Positions 19,776 through 27,984 of a DNA stretch of 64,000 bases are shown here, piece by piece. A model generated the notes under the pieces. That model searched no databases and had not been told where the DNA came from. It saw only the letters and a list, made by a program, of their open reading frames with translations. Numbering within the stretch: the first letter of the stretch is position 1; every line of letters starts with the position of its first letter. The translations under genes were made by a program, and so were the position numbers. This DNA comes from an uncultured virus (IMG/VR IMGVR_UViG_3300037067_008462) (taxonomy: Duplodnaviria; Heunggongvirae; Uroviricota; Caudoviricetes), in the IMG/VR virus record IMGVR_UViG_3300037067_008462; one strand, written 5' to 3'.

Positions 19776-20830
19776 TAACAATATTAGGCTGTAGACCAGA
19801 GATTATTCGTTTGTCTTTAATTATTCCACTATTAGATAAAAATTTCAAACACACCCTGATTCATACGGGTCAAAATCAAGATCCGTTACTTAAGGATATC
19901 TTTTTTAACGAACTTAATATAAGACAACCTGATATTTCTTTAGATATTTCTAATAACGCTTGGTATGGCCGTATGAGTAAGTTGATGTTACAATGCGGTT
20001 CTTGGTTAAGAGAGATAGAGCCTGATAAAGTACTGATTTTAGGAGACACTGATTCTGCATTGTCTTCTCTCTTAGCTAAACGCATGGATATTCCTGTTTA
20101 TCATATGGAAGCTGGCAACCGTTGTAGGGATGATCGTTCTCCTGAAGAAGCAAATAGAAAATGTATCGATCAATGCAGCGAAATACTCATGCCGTATACA
20201 GAACGGAGTCGGCAAAATCTATTATTGGAAGGATTCAAAGAAAACAAAATATTTGTTATCGGTAATCCTATAACAGAAGTATTAGATCAGTATCATTATC
20301 GTATTAAACAATCAGATATTCTAGAACAATTACATTTAGAAAAAAATAAATATGTTCTTGTTACAGTTCATCGGGCCGAGAATGTGGATTACAAAAGAAA
20401 CTTAAACGGCATTTTTGAGGGATTAACTTTATGCCAAAGATACATAAATATGCCTTTTATCATCAGCACTCATCCTAGAACAGAACAAGCTCTATCTTCT
20501 AATCCAATATCGAATAACAATTTAACATTCGGAAAACCATTTGGATTTCTAGATTTTCTAAAACTACAAATGAATGCATTGTGTGTTATTACTGACAGTG
20601 GAACGGTTCAAGAAGAGTGTGCTATTAATCACGTTAGAAATATAACTATCAGAAGAACAACCGAAAGACCAGAGACGGTTGAATGTGGTAGCAATATAGT
20701 TTGTGGAGATGAACCCGAGAGTATTCTGAGGGGGTTTAAGGTTGCCTTGAATTCTAGTACTGCCTGGATATCTCCTTATCCTCTTACTATGACGAGCGAA
20801 ACAGTTATTAAAATTATAGGTGGTGTTTAG
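19763..20830 (+). CDS. UDP-N-acetylhexosamine 2-epimerase (WecB/FnlC/Cap5G family)
   Basis: ILGCRPEIIRL, HTGQ, LGDT, HMEAGNR, PEEANR, TDSGTVQEE, TERPE. Confidence 0.9.
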   Translation: MAKIVTILGCRPEIIRLSLIIPLLDKNFKHTLIHTGQNQDPLLKDIFFNELNIRQPDISLDISNNAWYGRMSKLMLQCGSWLREIEPDKVLILGDTDSALSSLLAKRMDIPVYHMEAGNRCRDDRSPEEANRKCIDQCSEILMPYTERSRQNLLLEGFKENKIFVIGNPITEVLDQYHYRIKQSDILEQLHLEKNKYVLVTVHRAENVDYKRNLNGIFEGLTLCQRYINMPFIISTHPRTEQALSSNPISNNNLTFGKPFGFLDFLKLQMNALCVITDSGTVQEECAINHVRNITIRRTTERPETVECGSNIVCGDEPESILRGFKVALNSSTAWISPYPLTMTSETVIKIIGGV

Positions 20831-21646
20831 ATGAAAGTTTTAATCTTAGGGGCAAATGGTTGTTTGGGACATCAATTGGTAGATTATCTTTCTGAGATAC
20901 ATACAGTAAAAGGTCTAACTCGTTCTGAAATCGGAGACATAAAATATAACCATCAACCTCTATGGTTAAAGATGAGATTGTTTAAGCCGGATTGGGTTAT
21001 TAATTGTATTGGAGCAATCAAACAAAAAGATTATTCAAGAAAAGATTTTATCTATATCAACTCTCTTTTTCCTCACCAGTTAGTTGATATGTGTCAATCT
21101 TGGACAAAACTAATTCATATCAGTACTGATTGCGTTTTTTCCGGTAACTTAAAACATCATTATTCATATACAGAATCAGATGACACAGATGCTTTGAACG
21201 ATTATGGAAGATCAAAGGCGTTAGGTGAAATCTTAGATAAAGAAAACGTTATTACATTGAGAACCTCTATAATAGGGAGAGAACTTAATTCTCGTCATGG
21301 TTTGTTTGAGTGGTCTTTAAGTAATCAAGGGGAAATAATTAAGGGGTTCAAAAATGTGCTATATAGTGGTCTAACAACTTTAGCCCTAAGTAAAGTCATT
21401 GATGACCTCATAACAAAAGACTCTATCTCGACAGGTTTATGGCACGTTTCATCTCAACCTATATCAAAATTAGATCTATTAAATGAGATCAATGATATAT
21501 TCGAACTCAATCAAACAATTCAAGAAACACCATATCCGCATATCAATCGAAAGTTGAATTCTTCTAAATTTAAACTTAAAACAGGTTATCAACCTTATTC
21601 TTGGGATCAAATGTTAGAAGAATACAAAGAGTACCTGATTTTCTAA
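20831..21646 (+). CDS. RmlD-like NDP-4-keto-6-deoxyhexose reductase
   Basis: ILGANGCLG, HISTDCVFSG, YGRSKALGE, LRTSIIGRE. Confidence 0.9.
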   Translation: MKVLILGANGCLGHQLVDYLSEIHTVKGLTRSEIGDIKYNHQPLWLKMRLFKPDWVINCIGAIKQKDYSRKDFIYINSLFPHQLVDMCQSWTKLIHISTDCVFSGNLKHHYSYTESDDTDALNDYGRSKALGEILDKENVITLRTSIIGRELNSRHGLFEWSLSNQGEIIKGFKNVLYSGLTTLALSKVIDDLITKDSISTGLWHVSSQPISKLDLLNEINDIFELNQTIQETPYPHINRKLNSSKFKLKTGYQPYSWDQMLEEYKEYLIF

Positions 21647-22756
21647 AAATCACGAAAAAATACTTGTAAAACGGGATATAGTGTCTATGTAATGCAAAAA
21701 ACATATAAATATAGACTCTATCCGAATCCATCTCAAGAGGCAAAAATGAATGCAACTCTTGAAGGATGTCGGATTTTCTATAATTTATTGTTAGAACAAC
21801 GCATTAAAGCTTGGAGAGAGTCTCGCAAAAACCTTAGCGCATACGATCAAATGAAAATGCATTCTGGATGTTCTAAAGAAATTGGTATCTATTCACAAAT
21901 ATTACAACGCATAGCAATTCAATTAGACGGAGCATTTAAGAACTTCTATCGCAGACCTAAGTGTGGATTTCCTAGATTTAAAGGGAAAAACCGTCTTGAT
22001 AGTTTTTGCTTTCCACAAAACGGATGGAAACTAGAAAAGGACAAGATTACGATTTCGAAGATTGGTACAATCAATATCATTCTGCATCGCCCTTTAAAAG
22101 GAAAAATCAAACAATTAATAATTAAAAAATGGAATAATCAATGGTATGCCTGTTTCTCAGTAGAAACAGAACCAAAAGATTATGGAACAGCTACGGAAGC
22201 CGTAGGAATTGATGTAGGAATCAAAAAGTTTGCCGTATTTAGTGATGGAACAGAAATTGAAAATCCTCGCTTTTTCAAACGAGATCAAAAAGAATTAGCG
22301 AGAGTACAACGTAACAAGAATAAAAAAGCAATCACAATCATTCATCAAAGAATTTGTAATCGTAGATTAGACTTCACTCATCAATTAACAACTAAAATTG
22401 TTAAAAACTACAGTGAAATCTTTGTTGAAAAACTAAACAAAAAAGGAATGAAATCGTTCCGAGAAATAAATCGAGCTTTAAGCGATGTTGCATGGGGAAA
22501 ATTCAGAGAATTATTGAAATACAAAGCGGAAGAAGCTGGTAGAGTATATAAAGAATTGAATCCCGCAAACACCACAAGAAAATGTTATAATTGTGGTAAC
22601 ATCGTTAAAAAACAACTGAAGAATAGATGGCATTTTTGTCCGAGATGCGGAATTAGCATTGATCGAGATTTGAATGCTGCTCTAAATCTTCTCGCATTGG
22701 GGCATCAATGCGTTGGTATAGAAACCATAAAAGCTCTATCTTAGAGAGTATGTCAC
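21647..22756 (+). mobile_element. IS1341-like solo-TnpB element
   Basis: Sits inside the sugar cluster; right-end-like hairpin CTCT-ATCTT-AGAG followed by GTCAC (TCAC at 22753-22756). Left boundary is uncertain. Confidence 0.55.
21692..22744 (+). CDS. tnpB: TnpB RNA-guided endonuclease (IS200/IS605 family, no TnpA nearby)
   Basis: YKYRLYP HTH, GFPRFK, RuvC motifs GIDVG / VEKL / DRDLNAA, and a CxxC...CPxCG zinc finger. Confidence 0.92.
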   Translation: MQKTYKYRLYPNPSQEAKMNATLEGCRIFYNLLLEQRIKAWRESRKNLSAYDQMKMHSGCSKEIGIYSQILQRIAIQLDGAFKNFYRRPKCGFPRFKGKNRLDSFCFPQNGWKLEKDKITISKIGTINIILHRPLKGKIKQLIIKKWNNQWYACFSVETEPKDYGTATEAVGIDVGIKKFAVFSDGTEIENPRFFKRDQKELARVQRNKNKKAITIIHQRICNRRLDFTHQLTTKIVKNYSEIFVEKLNKKGMKSFREINRALSDVAWGKFRELLKYKAEEAGRVYKELNPANTTRKCYNCGNIVKKQLKNRWHFCPRCGISIDRDLNAALNLLALGHQCVGIETIKALS

Positions 22757-22835
22757 AACTGGAAATGACTTATCTAATTTTTGGGTAAGAGCTTTATTGT
22801 AAATGTTGTAAATCTGACACGATGGAGATGTCAAG

Positions 22836-23561
22836 ATGGAAATGAATACTGTTTATGTCGTTGTTGATCGTTCAACTTTGTTGATGGCTCGTCAAGAATT
22901 TGTTGTTTTATTGGGAGTAGATGAAGATGGAAAGTATTTTCTCCCAATGAATAATTCTTATGTTGAAAATCATAAAGTTGAAATTAATGAAGCAGACGTT
23001 GTTCTTCCTTCTGCTTCGGCTTTAGTTCTTCCCCCTACATACCGTTTTAAGATCATTAATTCTGATTTTAATACTGCAAAACCACAACCTCTTCCCCATA
23101 ACGGACGTATTAATTTAAACTTCGCAAGATTTATAAATATGGGCGCATATGCGTATGGTAATGATGTTATGTTTTTCTATTACAAAGAACCGGGACAATT
23201 AATATTTCCGACACCAAATGTTGTGTCTCAGGACACTACACAACGTGATGATGGGGGTTTTGAAGTTAAAACAACATGTACGTATCTTCCTGGTCAAATT
23301 CCAGGAAACAAATATTATATTGATATCAAGGATTTATTTAAAAATAGAGTATATATAAAAGAAGACGATACTGCATCTTTAACCGATACTTTTGCGTTTA
23401 TTTATAATAGAGAAAATATGTGTCTTGATGTAAAAGTATTATCTAACAGTGTTAATAGTATAGAGAATGATTCACCAATAACAGATACTATTTTCGATAA
23501 AGTTGAATCGGCATTAATAAATCTTAAGTCGTCTCGTAAGCCATTAAATACACCAGAATAA
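22836..23561 (+). CDS. Hypothetical protein
   Basis: 241 aa ORF with GGAG RBS. Confidence 0.6.
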   Translation: MEMNTVYVVVDRSTLLMARQEFVVLLGVDEDGKYFLPMNNSYVENHKVEINEADVVLPSASALVLPPTYRFKIINSDFNTAKPQPLPHNGRINLNFARFINMGAYAYGNDVMFFYYKEPGQLIFPTPNVVSQDTTQRDDGGFEVKTTCTYLPGQIPGNKYYIDIKDLFKNRVYIKEDDTASLTDTFAFIYNRENMCLDVKVLSNSVNSIENDSPITDTIFDKVESALINLKSSRKPLNTPE

Positions 23562-23576
23562 AAACGAGGATGATTA

Positions 23577-24563
23577 GTGTTAAAAAATAAAAGAATATTA
23601 ATTTTAGGTGGAACTGGTAGTTTAGGCGGAAAACTTCTAGATAGAATCTTAAATAAGACCGACGATCTCCCATCTTCTATCACAATTTTTTCAAGAGACG
23701 AAGACAAACAATTTCATCTCAAAAACACTCTATCTAGAAAGTATGAACATCACAATATAGTTAAATTTATTCTTGGAGATATTAGAAACTTTTCCAGTAT
23801 AAGATCAGCCTTAAAGAATCAAGATATTGTTCTAGGTGCTGCCGCCTTAAAGCATGTTCCTGGTTGTGAACTTCATCCATTTGAAGCCGTTCAAACAAAC
23901 ATTTTAGGTTATCAAAACGTTATTAATGCTATCGAACAAGGTTCTCTGCCTGTTGAAACTGTCATAGGGATTAGCACTGATAAAGCTTGTAAACCGGTTA
24001 ATGCTATGGGAATGTCTAAGGCTTTACAAGAAAAACTCTATATTGCCGCCAGTACCAATTCATCCACCAGATATGTTCTTGTTCGCTACGGAAACGTGTT
24101 AGGTAGCCGTGGTAGTTTGATACCTATCTTCAAGAATCTATTAGCTAACAAAATACCCTTAACGATTACAGACTTTCGCATGACTAGATTCCTTATGACC
24201 TTAGACCAATCGGTAGATATAGTATTTGATGCTATTAAATATGGCAAACCGGGAGAAATCTTTATTCCAAGGGTTCCCTCGGCAATTGTTATGGAAATAG
24301 CGGAAATTATGGCTCCTGATCAAGAATTCTTCGAAGCTACAGGAATAAGACCGGGAGAAAAATTGCATGAGATTTTGGTAAGCGAAGAAGAAGCACATAG
24401 AACCTACGATAATGGTAAAAATTACGTTATACAACCAGCAATTCCTTCTTTTATACCAAATCCAAATTTCAATTATTTGATTCATGAGTATGGAAGTAAA
24501 GACGAAATCATCTCAAAAGATGAAGTTAGAAAAATTCTTAAAGATAACGGATTTCTAAACTAG
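23577..24563 (+). CDS. UDP-GlcNAc 4,6-dehydratase/epimerase (FnlA/PseB/CapD family)
   Basis: GGTGSLG, FSRDEDKQ, AAALKHVP, STDKACKPVNAMGMSKA, VRYGNVLGSRGS, GIRPGEKLHE. Confidence 0.92.
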   Translation: MLKNKRILILGGTGSLGGKLLDRILNKTDDLPSSITIFSRDEDKQFHLKNTLSRKYEHHNIVKFILGDIRNFSSIRSALKNQDIVLGAAALKHVPGCELHPFEAVQTNILGYQNVINAIEQGSLPVETVIGISTDKACKPVNAMGMSKALQEKLYIAASTNSSTRYVLVRYGNVLGSRGSLIPIFKNLLANKIPLTITDFRMTRFLMTLDQSVDIVFDAIKYGKPGEIFIPRVPSAIVMEIAEIMAPDQEFFEATGIRPGEKLHEILVSEEEAHRTYDNGKNYVIQPAIPSFIPNPNFNYLIHEYGSKDEIISKDEVRKILKDNGFLN

Positions 24564-24577
24564 TATAAGGAAAATAA

Positions 24578-25095
24578 ATGGACGATAGAAAAGAAATCAT
24601 TGTAGCTAAATCAATAGCTTTCACACTATTCAGTCTTAACGTAAAAGAAAAGAACGGTGATAATCGCGGAGAAATTGTAGAAGAACTTCTAGACAGGCGG
24701 GGGGAGCGCCGAAAATGCCGTGGTGCGTTGCAACCGCTAATTTTATCTATTTAACAACCTGCAAGCTATTAGGGATTACACCATTATTAAAGCCAGGGTT
24801 AAGTAGTAGTAATTTCATAAATAGAGCGAAAAATATGACGTTACCGAACGGTAAAAGTCGTGTCATCGATCCTGATTTAGAGCCTAATAGAATTAAAGAA
24901 GTTACCGATGGGTGTTTTGTTGTTTACGAAGGAGAAGCGTATGGAACTGGTTATGTTCATACGGGCTTCGTTTGGACTCCAATAGATGACAAAGGAAATT
25001 ATGAAACTATCGAAGGTAATAAAAACAATACAGTAGCAAAAGTTAAGCGTAATCTAAAGAAATCTCCGTGTAAATTTATTAAATTATTTGATTAA
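24578..25095 (+). pseudogene. CHAP-domain cell wall hydrolase split by a -1 frameshift near a G6 tract
   Basis: AAGGA RBS + ATG 24578 gives ...VKEKNGDNRGEIVEELL (stop at 24754); the -1 frame carries PWC, HTGFV and TIEGN. Confidence 0.7.
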
Positions 25096-25787
25096 TGTTA
25101 GTATCAATTGTTACTCCGTCTTATGATAGGGGCAAATTCCATCCCATTCTATCTCGGATAGTACAAGATCAAACATATAAAGAGATAGAGCATGTCGTTG
25201 TGGAAGAAAGAGAGAGTTTTGATCGACATGGAATTATGGTGGAAGGGGCCAAGCATATTATAGTAGATCAACCTCGACTGTTGATGCACGAAAAAAGAAA
25301 TCTTTGTTGTGAATATGCTTCGGGTGACATTATCATTAATTTCGATTCAGATGATTATTATCGCCCACAATATGTCGAAGAAATCATGAAGCATTTCAAT
25401 AGATATCAAAAAGCAATAACTCACTCTATCTTAAATATATATGTTTTAAAAAAGAAATTATATTACATATCAACAAGAAGCAAACCTTATTGGGGTAGCG
25501 GCGCTCTTTATCCTAAAAGTTTATGGGAAGAACTTAAATATCTACCAGCAACATCAAATACAGGAGAAGACACAAATTTCTTTTCTAGAATTCATAAACT
25601 AAATAAGCTTTTCCCAACAGACTTCCTCTATCTTTATACGATAGCAATGCGTCATGGAGAAAATATAACAGTAGAAGTTAAAAGAGGAAGAGTGGTAAAT
25701 GATGAACATCACAGGTTCTTGAAAGAAATAGTTGTTCAACCTGAAATTCTAAAGTTTTATATGGATGTGGGTACAATGGTTTTGTAG
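25095..25787 (+). CDS. GT2-family glycosyltransferase
   Basis: VSIVTPSYDR...KRN...NFDSDDYY...GED. Confidence 0.85.
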   Translation: MLVSIVTPSYDRGKFHPILSRIVQDQTYKEIEHVVVEERESFDRHGIMVEGAKHIIVDQPRLLMHEKRNLCCEYASGDIIINFDSDDYYRPQYVEEIMKHFNRYQKAITHSILNIYVLKKKLYYISTRSKPYWGSGALYPKSLWEELKYLPATSNTGEDTNFFSRIHKLNKLFPTDFLYLYTIAMRHGENITVEVKRGRVVNDEHHRFLKEIVVQPEILKFYMDVGTMVL

Positions 25788-25872
25788 CTCTCTGGCTTAG
25801 TGTGAGTCATCAAGGAGAGCTATCTTAGGACCGTTTCCCCCGGAGCAATCCGGGGGCTTGATTTTTTCTTTT
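25784..25872 (+). ncRNA. Putative small structured RNA with its own terminator
   Basis: Predicted +1 lies 6 nt after GGG-TACAAT; bulged hairpin 25784-25823; GCAA-tetraloop hairpin 25837-25856, then T-rich. Confidence 0.45.
25837..25872 (+). terminator. Terminator-like hairpin
   Basis: CCCCCGGA-GCAA-TCCGGGGG followed by a T-rich tract. Confidence 0.7.
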
Positions 25873-25886
25873 CCTTGTGGTATGAT
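25858..25886 (+). promoter_or_regulatory. Sigma70-type promoter for the tRNA-like RNA
   Basis: TTGATT-17-TATGAT with TG. Confidence 0.7.
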
Positions 25887-25892
25887 GTTAAT

Positions 25893-25964
25893 GCTCTCGG
25901 GGATTAGTGTAACGGCAGCACAGTTGATCACTAGATTGGGTTCGAATCCCATGTTTCCGGGAGC
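25893..25964 (+). ncRNA. tRNA-like RNA lacking a normal anticodon arm, with an extended closing stem
   Basis: D-arm TAGTGTAACGGCAGCAC, T-arm TGGG-TTCGAAT-CCCA, only ~14 nt between the arms, 12-bp terminal stem. Confidence 0.65.
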
Positions 25965-25971
25965 TTTTAAT

Positions 25972-26000
25972 TTGACTTTCTCAATGTTTTGTGGTATAAT
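25972..26000 (+). promoter_or_regulatory. Strong sigma70-type promoter of the tRNA cluster
   Basis: TTGACT-17-TATAAT with TG. Confidence 0.85.
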
Positions 26001-26106
26001 ATACACGGTCGGCAACAACGGGAAGTCGTGACACCGTAAGTCTTACCGTAGGTACCAAGGTGTATCACAATAACGACCAAAGAAACAGACTACGCTGACT
26101 CTTTAT

Positions 26107-26178
26107 GGGGAATTAGTGTTAACGGCAACACGATTGGCCTGCAACCAGTAATTTAGGGTTCGAATCCCTAATTCTCCA
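26107..26178 (+). tRNA. tRNA-Ala(UGC), with atypical C33
   Basis: GGGGAAT/ATTCTCC acceptor with G3:U70 and A73; anticodon stem ATTGG/CCAGT around loop CC-TGC-AA; T-arm TAGGG-TTCGAAT-CCCTA. Confidence 0.8.
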
Positions 26179-26183
26179 AATAT

Positions 26184-26269
26184 GGAACTGTGGCAGAGTG
26201 GTCGATAGCAAAAGGCTGTTAACCTTTCGGGTTTTTGCCCCATCTTAGGTTCGAATCCTAACGGTTCCG
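26184..26269 (+). tRNA. tRNA with a GUU (Asn) anticodon on a long-variable-arm (class II) body
   Basis: GGAACTG/CGGTTCC+G73; AAAGG-CTGTTAA-CCTTT; 17-nt variable region with a GGG/CCC stem; TTAGG-TTCGAAT-CCTAA. Confidence 0.85.
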
Positions 26270-26274
26270 TTTAA

Positions 26275-26347
26275 GGGGTAGAAGTGTTGATGGTAACACA
26301 ATGCTTTGTCAGAGCAAAAATTGCAGGTTCGACTCCTGTGTACCCCG
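26275..26347 (+). tRNA. tRNA-Asp(GUC), slightly degenerate
   Basis: GGGGTA/TACCCC+G73; loop TT-GTC-AG; T-arm GCAGG-TTCGACT-CCTGT; A at position 8 and some mismatches. Confidence 0.75.
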
Positions 26348-26354
26348 CTTTTAT

Positions 26355-26429
26355 GGCTCTGTGGTGTAACGGAAACACGGTAGACTGAAAATCTATTAAT
26401 TCCACGTTCAAGTCGGGACGGAGCCACCA
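26355..26429 (+). tRNA. tRNA-Phe(GAA) with encoded CCA
   Basis: GGCTCTG/CGGAGCC-ACCA; GTAGA-CTGAAAA-TCTAT; imperfect T stem. Confidence 0.8.
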
Positions 26430-26477
26430 TTTTGAAACACAAACTCTATCTTTATAGGTGATAAATATGTTCTGAGT

Positions 26478-26735
26478 ATGTTTAATATAAGAAAAAACTC
26501 AACAGCATTTTATCGTTACGCAAGCAAACGTTTAATGCGTTTCCATCATCCACGTAGATATGGATTGATATTTGACATTCCATATAGCGGTAATCATTTT
26601 TGGTATGATTGGGAAGGCATGTTTAAAATACAGAGAAAAAATTCTAAACGTCATTCTATTCGTTATGAATTTAGATCTGCATTTAAACGTAATACTAAGA
26701 GATTAATAGAAGAGGAATTAGAACATGAAGATTAA
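26478..26735 (+). CDS. Basic hypothetical protein
   Basis: 85 aa ORF, overlaps the next gene. Confidence 0.55.
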   Translation: MFNIRKNSTAFYRYASKRLMRFHHPRRYGLIFDIPYSGNHFWYDWEGMFKIQRKNSKRHSIRYEFRSAFKRNTKRLIEEELEHED

Positions 26736-26982
26736 ATTTAATCATTATGAAGATGATGATTATTATGAATTTCATCACATTACAGTAACTAATGACGATG
26801 AAACCGAAATTAAAGCAGAAGAGTTTATTTCTCCTCTTTGTGAGTGCCCCGAAGATGCGATCATTGGAAGAGATTTAAAGAGTGGATATGATTTTCTTAG
26901 GTTTATACAGCTTGGATTTGATGCCGCTAAAAACGGAGAAACTCTAACTATAATAGAAACAGAAAACAAAGAAAGAGGATGA
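26725..26982 (+). CDS. Acidic hypothetical protein
   Basis: GAGG RBS; PLCECPEDAIIGRDL motif. Confidence 0.65.
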   Translation: MKIKFNHYEDDDYYEFHHITVTNDDETEIKAEEFISPLCECPEDAIIGRDLKSGYDFLRFIQLGFDAAKNGETLTIIETENKERG

Positions 26983-27161
26983 TTATGGACATTATAATTG
27001 AAGACGGTAAAATCTATTGTGTTCTTAAGGATACAGACTGTTATCCGGATAAAGAATCATACGAACTTTTACAAGATCTAACTTGGAATAATTATGAAGA
27101 GGGAGACAAAATAGAGTTAGGGGAATTATTGAAGATATTATTGAAATGGGCGGGACATTAG
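26979..27161 (+). CDS. Hypothetical protein
   Basis: Coupled ORF within the operon. Confidence 0.55.
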   Translation: MIMDIIIEDGKIYCVLKDTDCYPDKESYELLQDLTWNNYEEGDKIELGELLKILLKWAGH

Positions 27162-27162
27162 A

Positions 27163-27495
27163 ATGAAGATTATTTATTGTTATAGTGACGGAGAAGATAG
27201 AGAATCTTATTCTACATTAGATTCTACTATTCTTGAAGATAACCCTCAAACAAGAAAACTCCTAGTAGATTTCTTCTTAAAAAATGTTCAAGAAGACGGA
27301 CTCGATGATCCTACCCCTCAATCAATTCAAGATTTTTTAAACGGTATCACGATGCCTTTTGATGGATGCATATCTAAAGAATGCTACGGATTGATTTCTA
27401 ATGTAACAGGAAAACCAATGTTTCGTGTCGAAGTTGTTGAACCTGCAACCAATCTTCCTAAAAATTTTTATCACTATTGTATATTTGAGGATTAA
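27163..27495 (+). CDS. Hypothetical protein
   Basis: 110 aa ORF within the operon. Confidence 0.6.
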   Translation: MKIIYCYSDGEDRESYSTLDSTILEDNPQTRKLLVDFFLKNVQEDGLDDPTPQSIQDFLNGITMPFDGCISKECYGLISNVTGKPMFRVEVVEPATNLPKNFYHYCIFED

Positions 27496-27497
27496 AA

Positions 27498-27766
27498 TGA
27501 GACTAATTATAATTAAACAATACTTTGATAGAGAAGAAACTTTTGTTTTTGATCAAAACGATAGTGCAGGTTTGGCTGCTTTTAGAGATAAACAGATCAA
27601 AGATATTATGAAAGACAACATTACCGATGGGGAAACTATATCAGTGTTTTATAAAAAAGAGTTTGACAAACTTGTTTCAAAAAAGAATAAAGTAAAGAAA
27701 AATTGTTGTCGTTATTTGGGTTCACCTGATAAGGATTTTGAAGATATTTGGGTGACAGAAATATGA
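27498..27766 (+). CDS. Hypothetical protein
   Basis: GAGG RBS before the ATG at 27498 (MRLIIIKQY), inside the tracked 27425 ORF. Confidence 0.55.
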
Positions 27767-27984
27767 TTGATTACATCAAAATTGACAAGGCTATGGATAT
27801 TGTTCGTGCTGTTAGAAAATATAAAAGTCAGAACAAAATGGCTCCCAATGCTCCATTGGAAACTTTCATTATGGATATCCCAGAAGGAACACTAGAGGAA
27901 TATAAAGAAGCACTTACATTATGTCGTGGAGATATTTATAGTGCTACGCATGTTAAAGAATTCAAATTTGTAGAAGAAGAATGA
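27763..27984 (+). CDS. Small protein resembling the C-terminal part of the ValRS anticodon-binding domain
   Basis: DIVRAVRKYKSQNKMAPNAPL...DIYSATHVKEF recalls the ValRS 'IRKxKSExxLxLNxPL...DI' segment; ATGA-coupled to serS. Confidence 0.5.
   Translation: MIDYIKIDKAMDIVRAVRKYKSQNKMAPNAPLETFIMDIPEGTLEEYKEALTLCRGDIYSATHVKEFKFVEEE

Noticed and set aside
25893..25964. Bacterial Y RNA (YrlA) identity for the tRNA-like RNA
   Set aside because: Arm order is ordinary D-then-T rather than permuted, and no Ro60 gene is in the window.
26069..26106. AATAACG-ACC AAA GAA ACA GAC TAC GCT resembles a tmRNA resume/tag region
   Set aside because: No tmRNA tRNA-like ends or pseudoknots, no terminal ALAA-stop; it runs straight into tRNA-Ala.
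26107..26178. Reading this tRNA as Cys(GCA)
   Set aside because: Stem pairing centres TGC in the 7-nt loop, and G3:U70 with A73 are Ala identity elements.
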